Assembly: GCA_965215015.1 (NCBI GenBank)
Contig: OZ244042.1
Span: 5,696,001-5,760,000 of the forward strand
Reading direction: 5' to 3'
Source: Candidatus Poribacteria bacterium
GTDB lineage: Bacteria; Poribacteria; WGA-4E; PCPOR2b
Length of the DNA: 64,000 nucleotides
Numbering within the stretch: position 1 is the stretch's first letter; every line of letters begins with the position of its first letter. The notes beneath the pieces are model-generated. The model worked only from the letters and a program-made list of their open reading frames with translations. It was not told the origin of the DNA and did no database searches. The translations under genes were made by a program, and so were the position numbers. Shown in pieces: positions 47,683 to 57,666 of the stretch.

Positions 47683-49224
47683 ATGCAGCATCTGGAACCA
47701 GTAGATATGCTGAGTCATATCCAACTGGGGTTGAATTCGCTTGTAGGGGGCCTTGATCCGACGAATAAACACATGCCGTATTGGTCTATCGGCTTTGCTG
47801 AAGGACAGTTAAAAGCGTTTAGTCACTCCGGCGCATGGGACTGGTGTCACGCTGTCGCCAGAGCCATTCATGCTATCGGCATGGTGGAGCGCGCCACCGG
47901 GGAATGCGTCGACGAAGCCATTTGGACGGATCTCGGCGATCTCCAGATTGCTCTGTTCGATAAAGCGGACAACCTGCCCGGTACAGCGGATAACGATACA
48001 GGTGAACGTTTTGTCCATCTCCACAACATACGGGAATCCACACACGCCCTGAATAGTCTCATTCGTCGCGGCGATGAGCGGGCACGGGAGTGGAGTCGGC
48101 GGATGATTCGGACCGTCCGTGCTGCACTGGACGCCGACGGTGCTATCCAACTTGACCGCCTTCCCTCTTACGTCTCAGAATATAATCACCAACCGTCGCA
48201 GGAAGGTCGTGCCGTTGATGCACTAATTCGGAACTATCGCATCACAAACGATGAAGCTGCCTTAGAATTGGCGGGACTCATGACTTCCTATGCGCTGGAA
48301 CACTGTTTTACACCCGAAGGCGGGCTTAAAGAAGAAGCGGGGACACATGGCCACTCCCTCAACGCCATGGTTGCCGGGATGCTTGACTTCGCACTCCTCA
48401 CCAACGATGCAAATCTGTTGAGCAGAGTCAAAGCCATCTACGATGTCGGCTGTCCACGCTTCAATAGCAGTTTCGGTTGGTCGATGGAATCGCTGCATAA
48501 ATTTAACCCGCGCGGCGAATCCAACAACACCGGCGACCTGTTGCGTGCGACCCTACTTTTGGGACTCGCCGGCTGGCACAACTACTTCGAGGATGCAGAA
48601 CGTATACTTCGCGGACATCTTCTGCCTTCGCAGGTTATTGATGTGGATGATCTACCCGACAATCCTGATGAAGCGGATGATAGCCTTCATCGCCGCGCCT
48701 CACGTTTGCGCGGCGGTTTTAGCTTCCCAACGCCCAATGATTACCTGCTCCATCCAGACGCGACTATTACAACGTATGATATTACGTCCGGTGCCGTGGA
48801 TGGGATGTGCGAAGCCTTGTCGTCCATCATTACTTCAGATGCTGCTGGTGTACGCGTCAATCTGCTATTCAGCCATGAGGCGGAAGGGGTGCGTCTTACC
48901 AGTCATCTTTCTCGAATAGGACAGCTTGAGATTGAGAACCGAAGTGGGCGGCCTCTGCTGGTGCGTATCCCGTCTTGGGTAGATAAGCAAGACGTTTGTC
49001 TGAAAGTAAACGGTGTGAAGTCTCCGAAAATATTCATCCAGTCATATCTACTTAATACTGGGAATGAGATTCCTTCATCCAGTCTTATTACTTTTCCGAT
49101 GCGCGAAACACGGACCGTAGAGAGCGTATGCTTTGAAAACTATACCATTGATTGGCGGGGGGACCAGATTATCGCTATGTCGCCACCGGCGAAGCATCGG
49201 CCGATGTTTCCACCATGCGAATAG
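47683..49224 (+). CDS. Hypothetical protein, possible (alpha/alpha)6 glycoside hydrolase (GH127-like)
   Basis: AAGGAG SD; GESNNTGD..R, YFEDAER..RGHL, VRVNLLF, LLVRIPSW resemble GH127-like proteins (weak). Confidence 0.6.
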   Translation: MQHLEPVDMLSHIQLGLNSLVGGLDPTNKHMPYWSIGFAEGQLKAFSHSGAWDWCHAVARAIHAIGMVERATGECVDEAIWTDLGDLQIALFDKADNLPGTADNDTGERFVHLHNIRESTHALNSLIRRGDERAREWSRRMIRTVRAALDADGAIQLDRLPSYVSEYNHQPSQEGRAVDALIRNYRITNDEAALELAGLMTSYALEHCFTPEGGLKEEAGTHGHSLNAMVAGMLDFALLTNDANLLSRVKAIYDVGCPRFNSSFGWSMESLHKFNPRGESNNTGDLLRATLLLGLAGWHNYFEDAERILRGHLLPSQVIDVDDLPDNPDEADDSLHRRASRLRGGFSFPTPNDYLLHPDATITTYDITSGAVDGMCEALSSIITSDAAGVRVNLLFSHEAEGVRLTSHLSRIGQLEIENRSGRPLLVRIPSWVDKQDVCLKVNGVKSPKIFIQSYLLNTGNEIPSSSLITFPMRETRTVESVCFENYTIDWRGDQIIAMSPPAKHRPMFPPCE

Positions 49225-49287
49225 CACGCCGATAGGCTGTCACCTAAAGCAGAGAGTGTGACTACTTACGATAGGTTAGATAAGGTT

Positions 49288-51549
49288 ATGACGAAGTTGC
49301 TTGAACAGATGTCTGATACAGTCAGGCAGAAAATTCAGAATGTGCTGACTCATGAAGAAGAGGAGTTCATTCGTGTTTCCACCGATCTGAATCCTGATGG
49401 AAACTTTGGAGAGCAGTGGATCGTCGTCACGGATAAGCGAGTGATTGTGGTGCCTGTTGCTTTGAATCCCGATCCCATCGGGACGGAAGGGACCAACGGG
49501 TTGGTTGATGTACCAATCAAGGAATTGGTAGGTGTCCAGATCGAACCCTTAGTCGGAGGGGGACGCTTGGAAATCGAAAGAGAAAAGCAGGGAACCCTCT
49601 TCGTTCCTTACTCTAGCTCGCTTGCCGAGAAGTTTTCTGAGGTCGCACGTGGGCTTGAGCAAATTCGCCAACAAGACGAATTTTTGATTAAAACGGAGCT
49701 TGACCAGACACGATGCTCCAAATGTGGCAGGTTGTTGCCTGAGAAGAACGGAATCTGTACAGCTTGTATCCGTCGGTTGGCGACATTAGGGCGAATTGCC
49801 AGTTATTTGAAACCCTATAAGTGGCGTGCGGGGCTCTTGGCAATCGTTTCACTGGTAACCATCGTTTCAGATCTTGCCCCACCGCAGGTGATACGGCATA
49901 TCGTTGACGATGTCTTCTTTCCACCAGAGGGAACGGCTAATAGCATCGATGATAGAATGGCACTTCTGGGGTTGTTCGTGCTGGCGTTAATCGGTGCTCG
50001 CCTGCTGCGTTGGGTTTCGGAGTTGGTGCACGGCTGGACAGTCAGCTGGTTGAGTGCACGGGTGACAGCAGATATTCGCAGCCATCTGTATCGGCGGTTA
50101 GAGATGCTTTCAATCCAATTTTACGACCAGCGTAGGGTGGGAGCCCTGATGTCTCGTGTGACGCGGGACAGCGACATGCTGCGGGAGTTTCTGGTTGATG
50201 GGCTGCCCTACTTGGTAATCAATACCCTGATGATTTTCGGCATACTCGGTTTTCTGTTTTGGATGCATTGGCAACTTACCCTTTTCATATTAATTCCCAT
50301 CCCGCTCATCATCATCTGGGGCAGATTCTTCTGGCGACGGATGCGACGAATGTTCAACAAGCATAACCAGGGCTGGGCGCATCTCAGTGCACAACTAAAC
50401 GAGGCTCTTGCCGGTATTCATGTCGTAAAAGCTTTTGCTCAAGAAGTTCGCGAAATACGGGAATTTGAGAAGAGGAACACCGATTTGATGCTGATTGCTA
50501 GGAAAACCGCACGGCACTGGTTCGTATTCTTCGCAGTAACGAGTTTCCTGACCGGAGGCGGGAGCTTGATCATTTGGCTGGCTGGAGGGGTGGAGGTACT
50601 AAGAGAAAACTTAACCCTCGGCACCCTCACGGCATTTTCCAGTTATATGTGGCTCGTCTACGGACCGTTGGAGTGGTTCAGCCGGGTCAATAGCTGGATG
50701 ACACGCGCTTTTGCCGGTGCAGAACGTATTTTCGAGGTGATTGACGCTCCACCCGAAGCTTACAATGATCCGGAGGCAACCTCACTCACAAAAATAAAAG
50801 GACAGGTCACTTTTAAGGATGTTACCTTCGGCTATGACAAGAGCAAACCGGTCCTCCACGAAGTGGACCTTGAGGTTGCACCGGGGGAGATGATTGGGCT
50901 CGTGGGCAAATCCGGAGTGGGCAAAACAACCACTGTGAACCTCATCGCCCGGTTCTACGATACAGACCGCGGCACCATTGAAATTGACGGTGTGGATGTG
51001 CGCAAAATCCGTCTAGAAGACCTACGCCGTCAGATCGGTATCGTGCCACAAGAACCGTATCTTTTTAGTGGAACAATTGCCGAGAACATTGGATATGGTC
51101 AGCCGGGGGCGACTTTTGAGGAGATTATGCAGGCAGCACAAACGGCGAATGCACACAATTTTATCGTAGCAAAGGCGGATGGCTACGACACAAATGTCGG
51201 AGAACGGGGAAACAATCTGTCGGGTGGAGAAAAGCAGCGGGTCTCTATCGCTCGCGCTATCCTGCACAACCCGAAAATCCTTATTCTGGATGAAGCAACC
51301 TCGTCGGTGGATGTGGAGACCGAAAAAGAGATTCAAGAGGCTGTCACCCGGCTAATTGAAAATCGGACAACCTTTGCTATTGCTCATCGACTTTCGACGC
51401 TACGGAACGCTAACCGACTGGTAGTCCTCGATGGCGGAAGAATCGTAGAGGCCGGCACACACAGTGAATTGATGGAGAAGAAGGGTGTGTTTTACGACCT
51501 TGTTGAGTTACAGCAACAAACCTCTGAAATTATAGGAATCAGAGAGTAA
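49288..51549 (+). CDS. ABC exporter (fused TMD-NBD) with N-terminal extension and CxxC...CxxC Zn motif
   Basis: GKSGVGKTT, LSGGEKQR, ILDEATSSVD, AIAHRLST; CSKC...CTAC. Start may instead be GTG 49258. Confidence 0.9.
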   Translation: MTKLLEQMSDTVRQKIQNVLTHEEEEFIRVSTDLNPDGNFGEQWIVVTDKRVIVVPVALNPDPIGTEGTNGLVDVPIKELVGVQIEPLVGGGRLEIEREKQGTLFVPYSSSLAEKFSEVARGLEQIRQQDEFLIKTELDQTRCSKCGRLLPEKNGICTACIRRLATLGRIASYLKPYKWRAGLLAIVSLVTIVSDLAPPQVIRHIVDDVFFPPEGTANSIDDRMALLGLFVLALIGARLLRWVSELVHGWTVSWLSARVTADIRSHLYRRLEMLSIQFYDQRRVGALMSRVTRDSDMLREFLVDGLPYLVINTLMIFGILGFLFWMHWQLTLFILIPIPLIIIWGRFFWRRMRRMFNKHNQGWAHLSAQLNEALAGIHVVKAFAQEVREIREFEKRNTDLMLIARKTARHWFVFFAVTSFLTGGGSLIIWLAGGVEVLRENLTLGTLTAFSSYMWLVYGPLEWFSRVNSWMTRAFAGAERIFEVIDAPPEAYNDPEATSLTKIKGQVTFKDVTFGYDKSKPVLHEVDLEVAPGEMIGLVGKSGVGKTTTVNLIARFYDTDRGTIEIDGVDVRKIRLEDLRRQIGIVPQEPYLFSGTIAENIGYGQPGATFEEIMQAAQTANAHNFIVAKADGYDTNVGERGNNLSGGEKQRVSIARAILHNPKILILDEATSSVDVETEKEIQEAVTRLIENRTTFAIAHRLSTLRNANRLVVLDGGRIVEAGTHSELMEKKGVFYDLVELQQQTSEIIGIRE

Positions 51550-51610
51550 CAGCAGCGGGTTAGACTAAACAACATTCCTCATTTATCAACTTAAGAAAGG
51601 GATACCAACT

Positions 51611-52681
51611 ATGGCAACAACACATAGATTTCAAGCAAGGCACCTGCATTCTATCACACGACGGATATTTGTCGCAGCAGGTGCAACCCGCCACATCGCT
51701 GACGATGTGGCAGAAATTCTGGTCAACGCGAACCTCGCTGGACACGATTCACACGGCGTACTTCGCATTCCTGCGTATCTGCGTAGCATTGAAGGTGGTG
51801 GGCTTGTCCCCAATGTGGAACCAGAAGTCGCTAGAGAGACTATTAATACCATGGTCTTCGATGGGAAAAACTGTTTTGGTCACTACATCGCTCGACAGGC
51901 GATGAACCGCGTAATTGAGAAAGCAAAAGCAGCAGATATGTGCAGCGTAAGTATCATCAACACCGGTCACATAGGGCGGCTAGGTGAGTATGCGGAAGCG
52001 GCGGCGGCTGCCGGCTGTATCGGCATTATTACCACCGGCGGGGGCGGGCGAATGCAGGGAATTACAGTGCCCTTTGGCGGTGCCGGCGGTGCGACGGGCA
52101 CCAACCCGATTGCTGTCGGTGTTCCAACTGGTGACAATGCTCCTTTTGTCATTGATATTGCCACTAGCATGATTGCCGAGGGCAAAATCCAGGTCGCACG
52201 AAGCAAAGGCGAAGACCTACCCGAAGGCTACATAGTAGACAAGGGCGGAAATCCGAGCGTCAAACCTGCGGACTTTTACGATAGCGGATTCCTCTTACCC
52301 TTTGGTTTGCACAAAGGCTATTCAATTGGCTTGCTGGTCTGTCTACTTGGGGGATTATCCGGCACTTTTGATATTGAAAAGGGCACAATGGGTGGCTGTT
52401 TTATGCAGGTGATAAATGTCAATGCACTGACACCGTTGGAGGAATATCAACAGGGGGTGCGTGCCTTCCTAGATGGTATCAAGTCAATCCCTCCCGCGCC
52501 GGGCTTTAACGAAGTGCTCGTCCCTGGCGACTTTGAACATCGGAATCGCACCCAGCGTCTGGATGACGGACTTGAGATTCCCGATACTATCTGTCAGCAG
52601 ATTTCGGAGTGTGCAGAAAAACTTGGTGTTTCAATGAGCGAAGATGCGGTTGAAGCTGCCGACGCCGAGCGGTACGAATAA
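51611..52681 (+). CDS. Ldh_2 (malate/L-lactate/sulfolactate dehydrogenase-like) oxidoreductase
   Basis: ANL.GHDSHGV.RIP.Y, GHIGRLGEY, GTNPIA, D.ATS..AEGK, PFG.HKGY. Confidence 0.9.
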   Translation: MATTHRFQARHLHSITRRIFVAAGATRHIADDVAEILVNANLAGHDSHGVLRIPAYLRSIEGGGLVPNVEPEVARETINTMVFDGKNCFGHYIARQAMNRVIEKAKAADMCSVSIINTGHIGRLGEYAEAAAAAGCIGIITTGGGGRMQGITVPFGGAGGATGTNPIAVGVPTGDNAPFVIDIATSMIAEGKIQVARSKGEDLPEGYIVDKGGNPSVKPADFYDSGFLLPFGLHKGYSIGLLVCLLGGLSGTFDIEKGTMGGCFMQVINVNALTPLEEYQQGVRAFLDGIKSIPPAPGFNEVLVPGDFEHRNRTQRLDDGLEIPDTICQQISECAEKLGVSMSEDAVEAADAERYE

Positions 52682-52769
52682 AGCGTGAAACGTGATACGT
52701 AAGAAGTAGATGCTATGAAGGCGTTATTTTTTTTACGTTGGACTTTTCACGGGCTCTAAGCATTTTTGT

Positions 52770-52975
52770 GCATATCAAAAGAAAGTGCAAAGAAAAATAT
52801 CTGGAACCTGGTGCAACAGTGTCTGGTATTTTATCGCCCCATAGTATCTGGTGTTCTATAGCGTAACAGACTTGGTATTTTCAATTTACCAAGAACCATA
52901 GTCTAACACGATTGGTATTTGACCCCGAGTTTCTCCGAAAAAAAACCGGGGTCTTTGCACTATTTCTTAACATGA
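52770..52975. mobile_element. MITE-like element, family 2
   Basis: TIRs GCATATCAAAAGAAAGTGCAAAG / CTTTGCACTATTTCTTAACATGA; interior 52816-52859 is an inverted copy of 19356-19399. Confidence 0.6.
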
Positions 52976-53022
52976 GCGAACATTTTTTGATACAATTTTA
53001 ATCTGGGGCGGGCTAACTGATT

Positions 53023-53319
53023 ATGCTATTTTTCATTATTTGGATTATTTGTATACCCCTGATAATCTGGGTTGTTCTACAGATTATTTCCAGACGGAGA
53101 GGGAACGGAGAAGCCGATCCCGGCGTTCAACTTGAGGAATGTGCAATCTGCCATGAAGAGTTTCCGATGGATACGCTGCTAGAGAAAGAGGTCGGCGGCT
53201 ATAGCCGAGTTTACTGTTTTTGCGGCGACTGTATTGAACAGCTGCGCCTCGAATATCAGGCAAAGGTGGGACGCAGAGATGAGGAGAATAAGCAAGTCAG
53301 TGAGTCCACACCCTTATAA
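53023..53319 (+). CDS. Small membrane-anchored Zn-finger-like protein
   Basis: N-terminal TM, CAIC...CGDC. Confidence 0.65.
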   Translation: MLFFIIWIICIPLIIWVVLQIISRRRGNGEADPGVQLEECAICHEEFPMDTLLEKEVGGYSRVYCFCGDCIEQLRLEYQAKVGRRDEENKQVSESTPL

Positions 53320-53441
53320 ATTGCGTTCAAGTGTTTGCTGAACCACTGAATGGTTGAACGCAATCTGCTCCACTGAATACATCACACAATTTTGCGGTTC
53401 ATGCCGATTTCACTAGGATGAACCCCACGAAGGAGGTCAAT

Positions 53442-54485
53442 ATGTACGATTTGGTTACATTTGGCGAAGCGATGATACGGCTCACTTCGCCTGAGTTTAG
53501 GCGGCTTGAGCAGACGTCGACACTATTGATGGACGCTGGCGGGGCGGAGCTAAATGTCGCAGTCAATGGGGCTCAGTTAGGACTGCACACCGCCTGGGTT
53601 TCTCGCTTGGTTGATAACTGGTCGGGGAAATTCATTGCTAACAAGGGGCGTGAGTTAGGCGTCGATATGTCTCATGTTATGTGGACACCGTTTGACGGCG
53701 TTGGGCTAGAACGGAACGGTTTCTATCATGTCGAATTAAGCGCCGGTCCCCGTGCTAGCACCGTTACCTACGACCGCGGCTATTCAGCAATCTCAAATGT
53801 CCAACTCGGTGAAATCAATTGGGCACAGATTTTTGACAGTGCACGCTGGTTCCATCTGAGCGGCATCACTCCCGCACTATCTGAGTCCGCAGCGGCGGTA
53901 ACCAAAGAAGCACTTCAGGCAGCACGCGCCGCAGACGTAAAAACAAGTTACGACCTAAATTTCCGGTCAAAGCTGTGGAGTGCAGAACAAGCCCAGGCCG
54001 CGAATCACGAAATGATGAAGCACGTCTGTGTGCTCATCGGCAACGAAGAGGATTTTGAGATGGCACTCGGCTTCAAAGCGGAGGGCACAACTGAAAGCTT
54101 CAGCCAACTTGACCCGGAGAGCTATAAAGAGGTTGCCCAACGGGTTTGCAAGGCATTCCCCAATATCGAAATGATTGGCACCACCTTGCGCGACGCAAAA
54201 ACCGGTTGGCTGAACGATTGGCGCACGCTCCTGTTCGACGGATCGGACTTCTATCTATCACGCATCTACGAAAACCTCGAACTAGTCGATCGCGTTGGGG
54301 GCGGCGATAGTTTTTCCGCGGGCTTAATCTATAGCCTACTCAACGGTAAATCACTCCAAGAAGCGGTTGATTTCGGTGGCGGTTACTCCGCGCTAGCACA
54401 CACCTTCCCCGGCGATTTCAATTGGGCAACTGCCGAAGAAGCTGAAAAAGCGATGCAGGCGGGCAGCGTCAGAATTAGACGCTAG
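53442..54485 (+). CDS. PfkB family sugar kinase (2-keto-3-deoxygluconate kinase-like)
   Basis: ATG 53442 after AAGGAGG; FGE.MIRL, GGAELNVA, HLSGITPALS, DLNFR.KLW, DRVGGGDSF.AG. Confidence 0.9.
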   Translation: MYDLVTFGEAMIRLTSPEFRRLEQTSTLLMDAGGAELNVAVNGAQLGLHTAWVSRLVDNWSGKFIANKGRELGVDMSHVMWTPFDGVGLERNGFYHVELSAGPRASTVTYDRGYSAISNVQLGEINWAQIFDSARWFHLSGITPALSESAAAVTKEALQAARAADVKTSYDLNFRSKLWSAEQAQAANHEMMKHVCVLIGNEEDFEMALGFKAEGTTESFSQLDPESYKEVAQRVCKAFPNIEMIGTTLRDAKTGWLNDWRTLLFDGSDFYLSRIYENLELVDRVGGGDSFSAGLIYSLLNGKSLQEAVDFGGGYSALAHTFPGDFNWATAEEAEKAMQAGSVRIRR

Positions 54486-54550
54486 GTGTTTGAAATACCT
54501 CGCTTTCCCAAACCGGGCTTCATCTCATCACCGATTGGCTCATCGGTTTT

Positions 54551-55192
54551 TTAACTCGTCCATCGGACGGTTTCGCTTAAGGGTTTTCGTTCGGGCGTTG
54601 GTACTTCAGCTGGATAGCCCATGTAATAAAATCCGATGATATACTCCTGATCGGCATCAATATCGAGCAGATCGTAGGTATTCTGCTCCATCGTGATTGC
54701 GCCGGTGCTCCACTGCATCCCGACCCCTCGTTCCCAACCCGCCAGTTGAATATTCAACATAGCGCAGCAGGCCGCCGCGTAGTCTTCACGCTTCCGTTGT
54801 TCATCTCCGTCTTGGAGGCACGAAACCGCTACAATTGTGGGTTTGGAGGTGAACTTCTTGAAGCCTTGTTCCCCAACCTTGGCAAGGGTTTCCTCATCCG
54901 CAGCTGCGGCTGCCTTCGGGTTGGACGTAATTTTTTCAATCTGGATTTCACGATACCGTTCAGCAAGGATGAGTTTCGTTTCTTCGCCGATGACGGTGAA
55001 TCGCCACGGCTCGGTTAGGTGGTGATTGGGGCTCCAAATACCTGCTTCAAGAACTTCTTCAAGGACATCTTGGGGCACCGGGTCGGGCTTAAAATGAAAA
55101 ATCGTCCGGCGAGATCGAATCGCCTCTGTAACAGGGAATCTCTGATCGGTTGGAGCAGAATGTATCTCAGTCGTCAAATTATCTTGACTCAT
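54551..55192 (-). CDS. Nitroreductase family protein
   Basis: IRSRRTI..F, SPNHHLTEPWRF, NIQLA.W..GVG..W.TG, GYP. Confidence 0.88.
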   Translation of the reverse strand: MSQDNLTTEIHSAPTDQRFPVTEAIRSRRTIFHFKPDPVPQDVLEEVLEAGIWSPNHHLTEPWRFTVIGEETKLILAERYREIQIEKITSNPKAAAAADEETLAKVGEQGFKKFTSKPTIVAVSCLQDGDEQRKREDYAAACCAMLNIQLAGWERGVGMQWSTGAITMEQNTYDLLDIDADQEYIIGFYYMGYPAEVPTPERKPLSETVRWTS

Positions 55193-55245
55193 CGTTTCCT
55201 CCTTTTTTTGAAAATGAGTCTCACTTTCAATTAAAATTTGAAAAG

Positions 55246-55274
55246 ATTATAACCCCATGGCGAACATTTGTCAA
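55246..55274 (-). promoter_or_regulatory. Consensus sigma70 promoter for the nitroreductase gene
   Basis: Minus strand TTGACA-17 nt-TATAAT (perfect consensus). Confidence 0.75.
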
Positions 55275-55535
55275 GAGGTTTCTCGCAAAAAAATGCAAGT
55301 AACTAGTAAATTGTATTATGCGTTTTTAAAAAATACAGGTTAGCAATGTCGGCTCGATTTGGCCCTAACAGCATTATCACTCCAGTGAAAGTGTTATGGA
55401 TTTTTTTAGGGCTATTTAGTTTTCCGTTTTTTGACCGATTTTGGTGGGTAGACGGAAGATTGTCCCTACATCGTAGGCGTGGCATCTTGCCCCGTTCAAA
55501 GAATTCAACGACCGTATGGATTTCTTTGAATAGGG

Positions 55536-55564
55536 TTGACCTCACCAATGTCGTGTGATATACT
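55536..55564 (+). promoter_or_regulatory. Sigma70-type promoter for the aldo/keto reductase-envC-gatB-rlmN run
   Basis: TTGACC-17 nt-TATACT with a TG extension. Confidence 0.6.
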
Positions 55565-55627
55565 GTCCACGAAGATAAGTCAATCATAAGGATGGTATAA
55601 CCATCTTTAATCCAAAGGAGTCATTCA

Positions 55628-56389
55628 ATGCAAGTTGTAGATCTTGGTAGAACAGGGCTGCGGGTTTCGCGGCTTTCGATTGGAACAGGTACGCACGGAT
55701 GGGGTGGAAAATCGGATCAGACAGCATTGGGGTTGAAGGGATTGGTGGACCTACTCCACTTTGCCCATGACCAAGGCGTGACCTTTTGGGATGCCGCGGA
55801 TCAATATGGCAGCCATTCCTATATCAAGGAAGCCCTCAAGGGATTAGATCGATCTTCAATCGTCATCACGACAAAAACTGTTTCCCGCACGAGGGGATCA
55901 GTTGAAAATGATATCAAACGCTTCTTGAAGGAGATTGGATCGGACTATGTGGATATTGTGTTGCTGCACTGCCTCACTGAATTCGATTGGCCCACGCGCT
56001 ATCCGGATGCAATGGAAGCCTTAACGCGGTGTAAGGAGCAAGGACTCATACGCGCGCACGGCGTTTCGTGCCACGACTATGGCGCATTTCAAACAGCTGC
56101 CATGACCAAATGGGTCGAGGTTGTACTAGCCCGGATTAATTACACCGGAGTCCACATGGACGCATCACCTGCGGACGTTATCCGGACGATGGAACAGATG
56201 GCAGCGTTTGGCAAAGGTATCTACGGCATGAAGGTACTTGGACAGAGCAAGCTAGCTGAAGAGGATGGCCCGAGAAAGGGTATCGAATTTGTCATGGGCC
56301 TGCCTTGTGTTCACGCGATGACAATTGGTATGACGAGCCAGCACGAAGTTGAAGAAAACGTTGCAATTGTCAATGAACTCGCTGATTAA
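55628..56389 (+). CDS. Aldo/keto reductase
   Basis: LGRTGLRVSRL.IGT, D.ADQYG, ITTK, DYVDIVLLH, GLIRAHGVSCH. Confidence 0.9.
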   Translation: MQVVDLGRTGLRVSRLSIGTGTHGWGGKSDQTALGLKGLVDLLHFAHDQGVTFWDAADQYGSHSYIKEALKGLDRSSIVITTKTVSRTRGSVENDIKRFLKEIGSDYVDIVLLHCLTEFDWPTRYPDAMEALTRCKEQGLIRAHGVSCHDYGAFQTAAMTKWVEVVLARINYTGVHMDASPADVIRTMEQMAAFGKGIYGMKVLGQSKLAEEDGPRKGIEFVMGLPCVHAMTIGMTSQHEVEENVAIVNELAD

Positions 56390-56426
56390 CCCAAGTCCCT
56401 ACTTATTTTGGTAAAGGAGATTATCT

Positions 56427-57620
56427 TTGAAACTATTCGGTTTGAAGATCTCTAGTCTCTTTGTCTGTACTATTGCTGTGATTTTCTTTCAGTTTTCCTT
56501 ACAGCTCCCGGCGCAAACTTTGGATCAGGCAGAACAGTGGCAGCGCGAGCATGAGGGGAAAAAGGAGGAAAAGCGTAGTCTGAAAAAACGAAGGGACTCA
56601 ACTATCGAAAAGGAACAAGGGGTCTTGCAGAAACTACAGGAGATTGAATCCAAGTTAGCCGCCAACGAAAAAGAACTTGCTCGTTATCAGCAAGAGATTG
56701 AAAATCATAAACTCAACGCGGCGGAACTTCAAAGAGAATTGAGAGAATTGGTTTCTAAAGACAAGGAACAAAAGAAACGGACTGTAAGTCGAATTCGTGC
56801 TATCTATAAGCTGGGTTATAATGGGAATCATCAGCACATGTTGAAGATGTTGCTTGGTGCTCAAGATTTACAAGACCTTGTGAAAAAGTATAAGTACATG
56901 GACGTTATTGCCGAAGCAGATCAAGATATGCTAAAGCGAATACAACTTCGACAGGAAGAAATTTCGCAAACCTCCCATGAACTTGTTCGCCAGATCCAAT
57001 TGAAAAAGGAGGCAACGAAAGCTAGGCAAATCGAACGTTTACAGCTGCTCGATCAAGAGCGGAAGCGTCAACAGCTACTGCATAAGTACCGGACAGAGAA
57101 AGGGATTCATAGCCAAGCGATAAGGGAGTTAGACGCTGCTGTTGCACAGTTGGAGGAACGCCTCGGAATCATCAGCGAGGCACATCTTATAGAACAAGCG
57201 GAAACGATTAAAAGTATTCGGCCCGCGCTGTTTGGCAAACTCCCTTGGCCCGTTGTTGGAGTGATTGTGCCGAACCGAACAGACACCGACCGCGGTCTCA
57301 CCATTCGAGCAAAAAAAGGGGTACCCGTACGATGTGTTGCAGATGGTATTGTTGCAAATATCAGACCAATCTTTAGCTATGGCAACACGGTTATTGTTTT
57401 CCACGGAAATGGATATACCTCCCTGTATGCACATCTGTCAGGTGCATCCGTGAAACAGGGGGATACTGTTCGAGGGAAACAAGTTCTCGGAACCGTCGGC
57501 GAAACCGGGTCGTTGATTGGCCCAGTGCTTTACTTCCAACTCTGGCAATACCCTAAATCTTTGAATAAGGGACCTGAACCTTTGAATACGCGAAGGTGGT
57601 TGACAAGAAACATGAGGTGA
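56427..57620 (+). CDS. Murein hydrolase activator EnvC-like protein (coiled coil plus degenerate M23 domain)
   Basis: Signal peptide, long coiled coil, GKLPWPV.G, YGNTVIV.HG.GY.SLYAHL, VGETGSL.GP.LYF (lacks the HxH motif). Confidence 0.82.
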   Translation: MKLFGLKISSLFVCTIAVIFFQFSLQLPAQTLDQAEQWQREHEGKKEEKRSLKKRRDSTIEKEQGVLQKLQEIESKLAANEKELARYQQEIENHKLNAAELQRELRELVSKDKEQKKRTVSRIRAIYKLGYNGNHQHMLKMLLGAQDLQDLVKKYKYMDVIAEADQDMLKRIQLRQEEISQTSHELVRQIQLKKEATKARQIERLQLLDQERKRQQLLHKYRTEKGIHSQAIRELDAAVAQLEERLGIISEAHLIEQAETIKSIRPALFGKLPWPVVGVIVPNRTDTDRGLTIRAKKGVPVRCVADGIVANIRPIFSYGNTVIVFHGNGYTSLYAHLSGASVKQGDTVRGKQVLGTVGETGSLIGPVLYFQLWQYPKSLNKGPEPLNTRRWLTRNMR

Positions 57621-57666
57621 TATGAGCGGCCTTTCAATCGACATCCCGATTGGTAGGGAGCAAAAT

